Virus record (IMG/VR): IMGVR_UViG_3300030332_001635
Coordinates: 1 to 35,311 of that record
Origin: a virus
Lineage: Duplodnaviria; Caudoviricetes
Length of the DNA stretch: 35,311 nucleotides
Reading direction: 5' to 3' (one strand)
Shown: piece by piece, positions 1 to 6,863 of the stretch
Layout of the letters: each line of letters starts with the position of its first letter
Numbering within the stretch: position 1 is the first letter of the stretch
Program-made: the position numbers and the translations under genes
The notes under the pieces: model-generated
The model's input: only the letters and a program-made list of their open reading frames with translations
The model's database searches: none
What the model was told of the DNA's origin: nothing

Positions 1-90
1 GCGTGGAAGTTTCGAGTTCAGTCTGCTAATGACGGCGCAACAATAAGACACTCATGCTTTGTCGATCAAGTTGATCACATACTAGCCTAA
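1..90 (+). CDS. C-terminal end of tail fibre protein (continuation of 34328..35311 across the circular junction)
   Basis: Frame 1 reads AWKFRVQSANDGATIRHSCFVDQVDHILA* (TAA at 88-90). It is in frame with the open ORF at the right end of the window (984 nt = 328 whole codons). Not in the ORF track. Confidence 0.75.
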   Translation, partial: AWKFRVQSANDGATIRHSCFVDQVDHILA

Positions 91-102
91 GGAAATTAGA
101 AA

Positions 103-453
103 ATGGCAGCGACATGGAATATCTCAAACTGCGAAGACTGGAAATTAAAAGAAGGTAAGCAAAAAGTAATTTTCAAACTGCACTGGAATTGCACAGACGA
201 GCGGGAGTATCCGAACCCAGACCCCGAGGAAGGTCCCTTGGTGGCATACGGAAGTATTAGAGGAACGTGCGCCCTGGACATCAGTGACATCCAAGAATTC
301 ACGCCCTACGCAGAGGTCACAAAAGAGCAGGCTCTTGAATGGCTCTTCTCTGTGATGACTGTCGAGCAAAAAGCGCAGTCGGAAGCTCACGTCGAGAAGC
401 AGATTCTGAATAAGATTGACCCGCCGACTGAGTCTGGATTGCCTTGGAGTTAG
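103..453 (+). CDS. Tail-fibre-associated (assembly/chaperone-like) protein, DUF7936-like
   Basis: Shows the WNI...LHWNC...YG...FTPYAEVTKEQALEW...GLPW pattern typical of small proteins that follow tail-fibre genes. AAGGA RBS upstream. Confidence 0.7.
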   Translation: MAATWNISNCEDWKLKEGKQKVIFKLHWNCTDEREYPNPDPEEGPLVAYGSIRGTCALDISDIQEFTPYAEVTKEQALEWLFSVMTVEQKAQSEAHVEKQILNKIDPPTESGLPWS

Positions 454-456
454 CGG

Positions 457-744
457 ATGGACCCAGTACAGACGGGAGCTATTGCAGCAATTGTCTCAAT
501 CGTATTGGGAGCATTCAAGCTCGTCGAGGCTATAAGCAAGAAGAAGAATGGTGCAGGGTCAGAGACACAGCTGGCTCTGCTTGGGCAGAGAGTAGAGTCT
601 CTTGAGAAGAATATCGAGGAGACTCATGCGAAGATGGTCGAGCTTTTGAAAGAGTTCTATGTCTTCCGAGAAGAAACTAGATTATGGCGCGTGAGCTATG
701 AGGCAAAGAGCGGGAGACTTCAAGATGAAAAAGACAGGCATTAA
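457..744 (+). CDS. Membrane protein with N-terminal TMD and coiled coil (lysis cassette; holin/antiholin-like)
   Basis: Hydrophobic AIAAIVSIVLGAFKLV followed by KKK and a heptad-rich helix. Lies between tail fibre and holin. Confidence 0.6.
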   Translation: MDPVQTGAIAAIVSIVLGAFKLVEAISKKKNGAGSETQLALLGQRVESLEKNIEETHAKMVELLKEFYVFREETRLWRVSYEAKSGRLQDEKDRH

Positions 745-964
745 GAGTACAGAGTTCTGGATTAGTATTGTCGGTATGCTCGGCGGGGTAATTCTTGCGT
801 CAATGGAAGGCAGCCAATGGACTCAGGTAATAGGAGCTATCCTGGCTGCTGTCTGCGGGGGGAGCTATACAATGGGGCGCAGCCTTGTAAAGTCCAATGA
901 AGCTAAGGCCGGTATTATTGGTGAGGCAATAAAAAAAACATCGAAATTAAAAAAAAGCTCCTAG
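725..964 (+). CDS. Putative holin (two TM segments)
   Basis: MKKTGIKSTEFW N-terminus, two hydrophobic segments and a basic C-terminus, upstream of the endolysin. ATG at 725 preferred over 698. Confidence 0.7.
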   Translation: MKKTGIKSTEFWISIVGMLGGVILASMEGSQWTQVIGAILAAVCGGSYTMGRSLVKSNEAKAGIIGEAIKKTSKLKKSS

Positions 965-1155
965 ATGGCCTCTCGGATAGCGAAAGCATGCTGCGTCTCG
1001 CTGGCAATATCGATAGGGGTGGCTGGCTTGGGAGTGTTGGTCTTGGCTCAAAGCCTACAGAAGACATTGAACTGTTTGTTGAGGGATTCGCGGGTTCCGA
1101 GTGGGGTCAGGAAGTCAACTGGGGAGCAACAGCGGGACTGAAGTTTCGCTGGTAG
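925..1155 (+). CDS. Hidden -1 frame ORF overlapping the holin 3' end; beta-strand-rich tail ending GATAGLKFRW (probable frameshift extension of the holin)
   Basis: Open from 925 to TAG at 1153-1155: ...KKLLDGLSDSESMLRLAGNIDRGGWLGSVGLGSKPTEDIELFVEGFAGSEWGQEVNWGATAGLKFRW*. It fills the otherwise empty 965-1178 gap. A8 tracts lie at 931-938 and 949-956. Confidence 0.6.
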   Translation, partial: GNKKNIEIKKKLLDGLSDSESMLRLAGNIDRGGWLGSVGLGSKPTEDIELFVEGFAGSEWGQEVNWGATAGLKFRW

Positions 1156-1178
1156 TTATAACAAGTGCGAGGTAACCG

Positions 1179-1559
1179 ATGGCTGATTATTCAAAACTAG
1201 AAGTAACGAGCGTTTATTCAAAGAACTCTGACTACTCTTCTCCGAAGGCATCGTTTAGCCCTTCGGTCTATGAGCTTAGGCCTGATGAGTATATGCATTT
1301 CGAGGTTAACTGTGATGACAACGGGGAGACCTTTGATCTCTCTATGTTCTCTGGTGGCATCACCATGCTCATGGTTAAGAACAATGACACAGCTATCAAT
1401 GTCACAGTGAGGGTTAGCTCGGCTGCTACAACTAATATCGATGTTGTTCTTCCTCCTGGGGGCATCTATGTTACTCCAGATGTAACCATCGGCAACGACC
1501 TTAAGCTTACTTCAGCAAGCGGTGTGCCTGAGTGTGAAGTCTTCATCATAGGAACATAA
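1179..1559 (+). CDS. Hypothetical beta-rich protein, possibly virion-associated
   Basis: GAGGT RBS. Composition rich in S/T/V/D/N with predicted beta-strands. Located in the late arm. Confidence 0.6.
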   Translation: MADYSKLEVTSVYSKNSDYSSPKASFSPSVYELRPDEYMHFEVNCDDNGETFDLSMFSGGITMLMVKNNDTAINVTVRVSSAATTNIDVVLPPGGIYVTPDVTIGNDLKLTSASGVPECEVFIIGT

Positions 1560-1564
1560 TCATT

Positions 1565-2008
1565 ATGGGCATTACTCCGGATAGCAAATACGTCGGTCAG
1601 TATTTCCAGGCCAAGGAGTTTGCTTGCGGATGCGGGTGTGGGGCTATGGACGTTCGCCCTGAATTAATCCAGATACTTGATGATGTCAGGAAAAGCTTAG
1701 GCACCCCCCTCCGGATAACTAGTGGACTTCGTTGTATCAGCCATAATAAAGACTCGGGAGGTGCATTAAATAGCTACCACATGGCTCGATCAGATGGCAA
1801 GGGATATGCGGCTGACGTGACCTACTCTGCTGGAAACATGAAGGCCCCAATAAATATTATTAGGCTTTATACTTTGCTGGATAAGTTCTCGGGCGATATG
1901 CCCACCGGGATAATTGCATACCCTTCTTGGGTACATGTCGACGTAAGGGGAGTGGGAGGAAGGGAGAGGTATAGATCTCTCTCTAAGTTTCCCTTTCCTA
2001 AACTATAA
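1565..2008 (+). CDS. Endolysin, peptidase M15A family (Zn D-Ala-D-Ala carboxypeptidase fold)
   Basis: Motifs EFACGCGCG, SGLRC..HN...GG...SYHM, AADV and WVHVDVR (His/Asp/His zinc ligands). Confidence 0.9.
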   Translation: MGITPDSKYVGQYFQAKEFACGCGCGAMDVRPELIQILDDVRKSLGTPLRITSGLRCISHNKDSGGALNSYHMARSDGKGYAADVTYSAGNMKAPINIIRLYTLLDKFSGDMPTGIIAYPSWVHVDVRGVGGRERYRSLSKFPFPKL

Positions 2009-2288
2009 AAGTGTCCCGAACAACCTTCTTGTCTACGCTGTTTAAGACTAACTTATATTCCCATATACCATTGCTGCACCTGCGCTTGTCCACACGCATG
2101 CTGCCGAATTGACCCTCTCTGAGTGCTCTTACGCGACGCCCCCATTCAGATCCCCCCACCTCCATAAGCTCTGTGGAAGGATGCCACTTTCCGTCAAGAA
2201 GGCAAATCAATACCCTCTTCTGATTGGTCTTTACCCGGCTCTCGTCCAGAGACACACTGTACGAATCTCCCCAAATCTTTACTTTCAT
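1998..2288 (-). CDS. Putative winged-helix/HTH DNA-binding protein
   Basis: RVLICLLDGKWHPSTEL...GRRVRALRE...WEYKL winged-helix-like pattern. AAAGGA RBS before ATG 2288; the ORF-track start at 2408 runs through a hairpin. Confidence 0.6.
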   Translation of the reverse strand: MKVKIWGDSYSVSLDESRVKTNQKRVLICLLDGKWHPSTELMEVGGSEWGRRVRALREGQFGSMRVDKRRCSNGIWEYKLVLNSVDKKVVRDTFIV

Positions 2289-2315
2289 GTTTATTCCTTT
2301 GTTTGTTCGAGTTAA

Positions 2316-2368
2316 AGCCCGCCCCCGGCACCAGCTAGAGCTGAGACCTAAAGAGCAAGGGACGGGCT
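2316..2368 (-). other. Intergenic GC-rich RNA hairpin (terminator-, processing- or sRNA-like)
   Basis: 10-bp stem AGCCCGUCCC/GGGGCGGGCU that is fully paired only on the minus strand (G-U pair), with an inner CAGC-UCUA-GCUG hairpin. Confidence 0.55.
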
Positions 2369-2382
2369 GGATAGGATGCTGG

Positions 2383-2508
2383 CTACGAAGACTTACGGTT
2401 GAAGTCATCTATCGTGCGCGACAGCCAGACATCTTTAATTTTCCTCATCACTGCGGCAGATAGGACTACCGAAGTGACCAAGATCACGTTAAAGACTATT
2501 ACTTCCAC
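2383..2508 (-). CDS. Small membrane protein (41 aa)
   Basis: GTG start after a GAGGGGG RBS. Sequence MEVIVFNVILVTSVVLSAAVMRKIKDVWLSRTIDDFNRKSS*. Below the ORF-track length cutoff. Confidence 0.55.
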   Translation of the reverse strand: MEVIVFNVILVTSVVLSAAVMRKIKDVWLSRTIDDFNRKSS

Positions 2509-2794
2509 GATTACCCCCTCTTCTTATCTCCCTCTTCCATGGGCTAAAGCCGCAAACATCCTCATCGCCCTTGCATTCACTCCAGGTTACAGACCATCTC
2601 CCATTGCGAATTTTGATATACTCGGGAGCCTTTGTTATGTTCCTGAAGTTAGAGCATTCATCAAATGCATCTCTAGCCTTGTTCTTAGTCTTGGCATACT
2701 TAGTGATAGAGACATCGGAGCTTGGCGAGCCCTTTTCACTGATGCTTCGTATCCTCAACCTCTGTCTTAAAATCATTCTGTCCATCTCCCCCAT
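2489..2794 (-). CDS. Hypothetical protein
   Basis: 101-aa ORF with an AAGGGG RBS, packed in the early operon. Confidence 0.55.
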   Translation of the reverse strand: MGEMDRMILRQRLRIRSISEKGSPSSDVSITKYAKTKNKARDAFDECSNFRNITKAPEYIKIRNGRWSVTWSECKGDEDVCGFSPWKREIRRGGNRGSNSL

Positions 2795-3134
2795 TAGGTT
2801 CCCCTTTATAGATTAGCTTTAATAGCTGGATAAAAACATCTATTCTCATAGATGCTATCGCCTCGTCCCTGTCCCATTTGCATATGGCTACAGGAGTTTT
2901 AATTGATCTGCTGCTTTCTCTGGCTTCTTCTGCTTGCTCGAGTGCGGCTTTGATGTTTGGTCTCTTGCCAACTTTGCACTCGACCCAGAAGTCTGGGCAG
3001 TCAACGTCTGCTCTTGTGTCCCCTGAGAAGCATTGTCCTGAGCTTCTTGTGACTCTTGGGCCAAAGACCTCTTTGAGTCTATTTGCAATCTCTCGTTCGA
3101 ATCTAGCTCCCTTATCTCTACTGTATTTCCCCAT
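2736..3134 (-). CDS. Holliday junction resolvase, Hjc-like PD-(D/E)XK nuclease
   Basis: KGARFEREIA...ADV...VECKVGKR catalytic E/D/ExK motif, downstream of the replication genes. Confidence 0.8.
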   Translation of the reverse strand: MGKYSRDKGARFEREIANRLKEVFGPRVTRSSGQCFSGDTRADVDCPDFWVECKVGKRPNIKAALEQAEEARESSRSIKTPVAICKWDRDEAIASMRIDVFIQLLKLIYKGEPNGGDGQNDFKTEVEDTKHQ

Positions 3135-3229
3135 CGAACCCCCAATGCACGCACTTGCTCCTCAAGGGTCATTGGGTACTTCGAAATAGCCAATGACCAA
3201 TCATCGTGTTTTCTAACTCTGAATTCCAC
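2888..3229 (-). CDS. Possible overlapping gene (113 aa) ending in QLKLL
   Basis: GTG at 3229 just after the DnaC-like stop. Fills the 3135-3239 gap and overlaps the resolvase in another frame. Confidence 0.35.
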   Translation of the reverse strand: MEFRVRKHDDWSLAISKYPMTLEEQVRALGVRWGNTVEIRELDSNERLQIDSKRSLAQESQEAQDNASQGTQEQTLTAQTSGSSAKLARDQTSKPHSSKQKKPEKAADQLKLL

Positions 3230-3239
3230 GGATCGTATC

Positions 3240-3938
3240 TTACGCTCTGAGTGATCCCATATCAATCTCGACATATGCTCCGCCGTGCTTGAACCCTTCT
3301 CGGATTCTATCAGCAACTCGAGCACCGTATCTAGCCTGGAAATCTTTTGCGTTTAGATTGGTGGTGATGACTGTCTTTCTGTAATTCGCATATCTCTCAT
3401 CAATTAACTCATCTAGCCGGTGGTTGAAATAACCATTCTTATCGAGATACTCGACACCAAGGTCATCAATAACAATGACCTTCTCTCGCATGATCTTCTC
3501 AAGGTGAGAATCGTATCCGCTTACCCTGCTAATCCTGGAAGATGTCCACCACCGTATACTGTTCGGGGGCGATTTAGACCTAGGCTTCGTTGACTCAGAC
3601 AGGAACATACCCGCGGCGGTACTCTTGCCACAGCCCTTAGGCCCGGCCAGGACCAGGCACCACGCCTCTCTCCCCGACGAAAGAAAAGAGATGACAGCCT
3701 CAGTCGCCTTTGTTTGCTTCATGTCTCTAAGCGTTTCTATGATGCGCTGTGGCATCCCCTGCCTTCTAAGGGAGGACTCTAGATCTTCCCCTGTCAGCTC
3801 TTTCTTTTCCTCGAGGATCTTCAGTGGGCTGGCTCTCTTCATCAGAGCTTTTATCCTGTCACTAAATTCAATCTCCGAACCCTGCGCGACTACCCCCGCA
3901 GAAATCATCACTCCCTGAAGTGTATCCATATCTTGCAT
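3240..3938 (-). CDS. DnaC/IstB-like AAA+ ATPase (helicase loader)
   Basis: Walker A GPKGCGKS, Walker B VIVIDDLGVE, sensor ITTNL and YGARVADRIRE motif. Confidence 0.9.
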   Translation of the reverse strand: MQDMDTLQGVMISAGVVAQGSEIEFSDRIKALMKRASPLKILEEKKELTGEDLESSLRRQGMPQRIIETLRDMKQTKATEAVISFLSSGREAWCLVLAGPKGCGKSTAAGMFLSESTKPRSKSPPNSIRWWTSSRISRVSGYDSHLEKIMREKVIVIDDLGVEYLDKNGYFNHRLDELIDERYANYRKTVITTNLNAKDFQARYGARVADRIREGFKHGGAYVEIDMGSLRA

Positions 3939-4317
3939 TACTGCTTTCCCCTTTTATGAAGTTATCCAAGTTCCCATCTTTCCCAAAGACATCCTTAACC
4001 GAGTGTCTCCCATTCTTCACCCACCAGTCGCTGCGAGCATTTTCAATGATAGCACGCTTTAGCTCGTCAGGTTTATACCCATCGACCAATCTTTTCTCTA
4101 TCAACTTCCAGTCAGGATGGTCGGGGTTAAGCGCTCTTCCTCTTCCTGGGTGGGTCTCTTGGTAATGGGAAACAATTGATTTCACATCTTCAAGGTGCTT
4201 CGACTTCGCCTTTGGCTTCTTGACCGGTGGATCGATCAAAGATTCTATCTCGTCTGCGGTTTTGCGCAGATATGCAGCAAGCCTTTTAATGGCCTTTGCG
4301 TTTACGTCAATTTTCAT
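3868..4317 (-). CDS. Putative replication initiator / replisome organiser (phage conserved C-terminal helical domain)
   Basis: IEKRLVDGYKPDELKRAI...WW...VFG...DNF motif. Immediately upstream of and overlapping the DnaC-like gene. ATG at 4317. Confidence 0.6.
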   Translation of the reverse strand: MKIDVNAKAIKRLAAYLRKTADEIESLIDPPVKKPKAKSKHLEDVKSIVSHYQETHPGRGRALNPDHPDWKLIEKRLVDGYKPDELKRAIIENARSDWWVKNGRHSVKDVFGKDGNLDNFIKGESSNARYGYTSGSDDFCGGSRAGFGD

Positions 4318-4337
4318 GGGATTACCTGAGGAAAGAG

Positions 4338-4407
4338 TGGGGGAGCAGACCGGTGTCAACCAAAGGAATGAAATGACACCGGAAAGTTCGCAGCTTCTGC
4401 CCCCCCA
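4338..4407 (-). ncRNA. Candidate antisense regulatory RNA (stem-bulge-stem-loop)
   Basis: 12-bp outer stem (4338-4349/4396-4407, G-U on the minus strand), 9-bp perfect inner stem (4350-4358/4374-4382), 13-nt bulge and 15-nt loop. Bulge and loop are complementary to the leader at 11457-11484. Confidence 0.7.
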
Positions 4408-4416
4408 GTTATCTAT

Positions 4417-4445
4417 ATACTACAGATCATGTGTTTAAAATGGAA
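4417..4445 (-). promoter_or_regulatory. Putative sigma70-type promoter for the hairpin RNA and replication genes
   Basis: TTCCAT-17 bp-TAGTAT on the minus strand. Predicted start ~4410, at the base of the hairpin. Confidence 0.45.
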
Positions 4446-4899
4446 TCTTTGATGAGTCGTCATCGCTGCTCATGAGAACGGACTCGAGATTAGGCTTTTG
4501 GGCAAACGGCCCCATCTCTTCAATCTCGGCTTCAGCTCGAGTGAAGTATTGCCCTACCTCCATATACTTAGAATCCTTTCGCTCTCTGAGGCGGAGCTTC
4601 CCATCTTTCCCGAGTAAGTCATCAGTGTCTAATGACTCAGTTGCATCCAGCCCGATAGAATCAATAAACCGAGCATACTTCCACTTGGCTTTCTCTGTTA
4701 GCCAGATATCATCAAAGACTTTATAGTCGTTGCTGTCATGATTAACGAGCAGGGTTATCTTGATTCCTCTCGTACCCTTGCTTGATGTTACCAGGCTGGC
4801 ATCGCCTACCTGAAACTCATAGTTTCCAGGGCCGAACTTACCTCCTGCGGATTCTTTGAAGTCCAGGTCGCTTTCTTCTACATTAAAATCAATTTCCAT
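4435..4899 (-). CDS. DUF669-like single-stranded DNA-binding protein
   Basis: PGNYEFQV...SSKG...I.ITL...VFD.IWLT..A.WK OB-fold pattern with an acidic C-terminus ending IPF. Follows the Sak4-like gene. Confidence 0.75.
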   Translation of the reverse strand: MEIDFNVEESDLDFKESAGGKFGPGNYEFQVGDASLVTSSKGTRGIKITLLVNHDSNDYKVFDDIWLTEKAKWKYARFIDSIGLDATESLDTDDLLGKDGKLRLRERKDSKYMEVGQYFTRAEAEIEEMGPFAQKPNLESVLMSSDDDSSKIPF

Positions 4900-5635
4900 T
4901 ATTTTTCTCCATTGCTTGCTGGTACTCAGACCAGTTCAGTTTTATCTTATCCGGCATTTCATATCCGGCCCTACATCCTGCGTCTCTTCCTGGACTACCC
5001 CGAAAGTGGACATAGCGGTCTTTCCCTCCCCTGGCCTTGCCATCCATGACAAGGAAGTCAGATTGAGCGTGTCCTATTTGGTCGGCCCAATCTCGTATCC
5101 GATTCCAAGAGTACTTGCTTAGATTCGGAGCCCACTTCTTGAAGTCGTCACCTAGGGCATTAGCTCCCGGCGCAAGTCCATCGTGAGCCAACAGGATGAT
5201 CCTCATCGTTCTTTTCTTTCTGATGTGATCTAATGCCATCATTAGCGTCTCCATCATCTCTCCTGCCATTACAGGGCCTTTGTGGTAGGCCATATACTTT
5301 TCCTTATTCCCATCGAATGTGGTTTTCAGGATGTGCTTTGCTGCCAATGCCTCGCACAGATCTAAGGTGTCTATAACCAGAGTCTCTCTGTCGTGGCTTT
5401 GTTGCAATACACCCCGTAGACACCCCATTAGGTCATCCCATGACTGGCAAGGGCTATCAGTAGGGATCTTTACTACCGGCAATCCGTCTGCCCCATCTTC
5501 GGTGCATACGAATATTGGCTTTGGAGCTGCTGCTCCGAATGATGACTTCCCAATCTTAGGTTGCCCATAGAGGACAAGTCTTGACGGAAGCATTTGCGGT
5601 TGAACCGGGGCAGATCCGATCATAAAGCGGTCCAT
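4889..5635 (-). CDS. AAA_24 / Sak4-like ssDNA-annealing ATPase
   Basis: LYGQPKIGKS Walker A, TEDG, TLVIDTLD Walker B, LLAH and WADQIG motifs. Confidence 0.85.
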   Translation of the reverse strand: MDRFMIGSAPVQPQMLPSRLVLYGQPKIGKSSFGAAAPKPIFVCTEDGADGLPVVKIPTDSPCQSWDDLMGCLRGVLQQSHDRETLVIDTLDLCEALAAKHILKTTFDGNKEKYMAYHKGPVMAGEMMETLMMALDHIRKKRTMRIILLAHDGLAPGANALGDDFKKWAPNLSKYSWNRIRDWADQIGHAQSDFLVMDGKARGGKDRYVHFRGSPGRDAGCRAGYEMPDKIKLNWSEYQQAMEKNNGN

Positions 5636-5644
5636 AGTATCTCC

Positions 5645-6568
5645 TTACTTGTGTGTGTTGTAAAACTTTTGACTCTCTTCGAGTCGTTCATTGCCGAGGC
5701 ATACCTCTAAGTATTCGCACCCTCCGAAGTTCTTACAGGAGCTAATGTTCCTTATCGGGGGTGATCCTATCATCCTGTTGGCTACCTGAATTAGCTCATT
5801 CATTCTCCTTTCCCTGTTGTGATCAAGTATCGGGATGAGCTGCCTGATGTATTTATCTTTACCGTTCTCGACATAATCAATAGTCAGCCTCTCCTCGAAT
5901 TCTTCCAGGGTCTCTGGTCTTCTGACCTTCTTCCCTTTCTCTCCATCCCAGATGGATTTGATTCTAGAATTAGGCGACGTGATCGTTACGTCGTAGTATA
6001 CCCAGACCGGCTTATCGTAACGCTTCGTGAAGTAGTCGGCGTATATTGCTAGCTGTGTATCCATGCTGAGGCCTCTCCAGAATGAAGAGCTAAGGTCAGT
6101 AGCATCTTTACTGCTAACGTTCTTGTGCTCTAGGACAATCACTCTGTCATTGGCTTCATCCAGATAGACACCATCAATCTTTCCCACGAAAGGGAATAAT
6201 GACTTAGCTTGCTCATCTGGCACGTAGGTAAACCAGCCTTCGAGGTCTATCATCTCAGAGTCAGTAAACCATTGAGGCTGATTGCCACTCCATGCCTTGT
6301 AGTACCCTTTGATATACGCTCGCACCTTCGGAAGGAACAATGGATCTTCATCCCATCCCTCCGAGATGGCATCTTGCTCTACGCTATCTATCGCAGCGTC
6401 CAAGTTATCTCCCTTTAAAAATAACTCCTGAGCTTCATGCATTGCGAGCCCTGTCAGGAGGCCCTTCCCCTTCTTCTTTACCCGCCATCCTTGATGGTAC
6501 TGATACCACCATTTCGCTTCGCATTGCTGAAAACAGCTAAGGCTACTTGCACTAACATGCTTAATCAT
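5645..6568 (-). CDS. PD-(D/E)XK exonuclease, Cas4/AddB-like with Fe-S cysteines
   Basis: SASSLSCFQQC, G...H, GKIDG, LEHK, QLAIY and a C-terminal CKNFGGCEYLEVC. Start at ATG 6568 after a GGAG RBS. Confidence 0.85.
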   Translation of the reverse strand: MIKHVSASSLSCFQQCEAKWWYQYHQGWRVKKKGKGLLTGLAMHEAQELFLKGDNLDAAIDSVEQDAISEGWDEDPLFLPKVRAYIKGYYKAWSGNQPQWFTDSEMIDLEGWFTYVPDEQAKSLFPFVGKIDGVYLDEANDRVIVLEHKNVSSKDATDLSSSFWRGLSMDTQLAIYADYFTKRYDKPVWVYYDVTITSPNSRIKSIWDGEKGKKVRRPETLEEFEERLTIDYVENGKDKYIRQLIPILDHNRERRMNELIQVANRMIGSPPIRNISSCKNFGGCEYLEVCLGNERLEESQKFYNTHK

Positions 6569-6581
6569 TTCCACTCCCTTC

Positions 6582-6845
6582 TTAGTGGCAAGTATGCTTT
6601 GATGCGTACTCGTCATGAGCCTCATCAAAGAGCCTGTCAGCTAGCTCCCGCATGGTTGTTGTCTTGCCGTACCTGACGCACAGTGCATCAATAATATCCA
6701 GGTTCTGTGTCACAATCACAGCTGACCGAGAGTTGGCACCGTTCACGACTTTTCCAAGCCCAGCTTTCAGCTTTGTCAATGTATCCCTCATCTGCCCAAG
6801 ACTCGTCAGATCTCGGATTTGCCCATCTAAATTTTTCAAACTCAT
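6582..6845 (-). CDS. Hypothetical protein
   Basis: 87-aa helical ORF with an AAGGA RBS in the early operon. Confidence 0.6.
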   Translation of the reverse strand: MSLKNLDGQIRDLTSLGQMRDTLTKLKAGLGKVVNGANSRSAVIVTQNLDIIDALCVRYGKTTTMRELADRLFDEAHDEYASKHTCH

Positions 6846-6863
6846 ATTCTTTCTTTTCCTTCA

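Noticed and set aside
2375-2433. Long nested hairpin as an ncRNA
   Set aside because: It lies mostly within the credible 41-aa membrane ORF 2383..2508, with imperfect stems and no independent support.
5645-6568. Cas4 as part of a CRISPR adaptation system
   Set aside because: It sits in the standard phage exonuclease-Sak4-SSB recombination module, with no Cas1 or Cas2.
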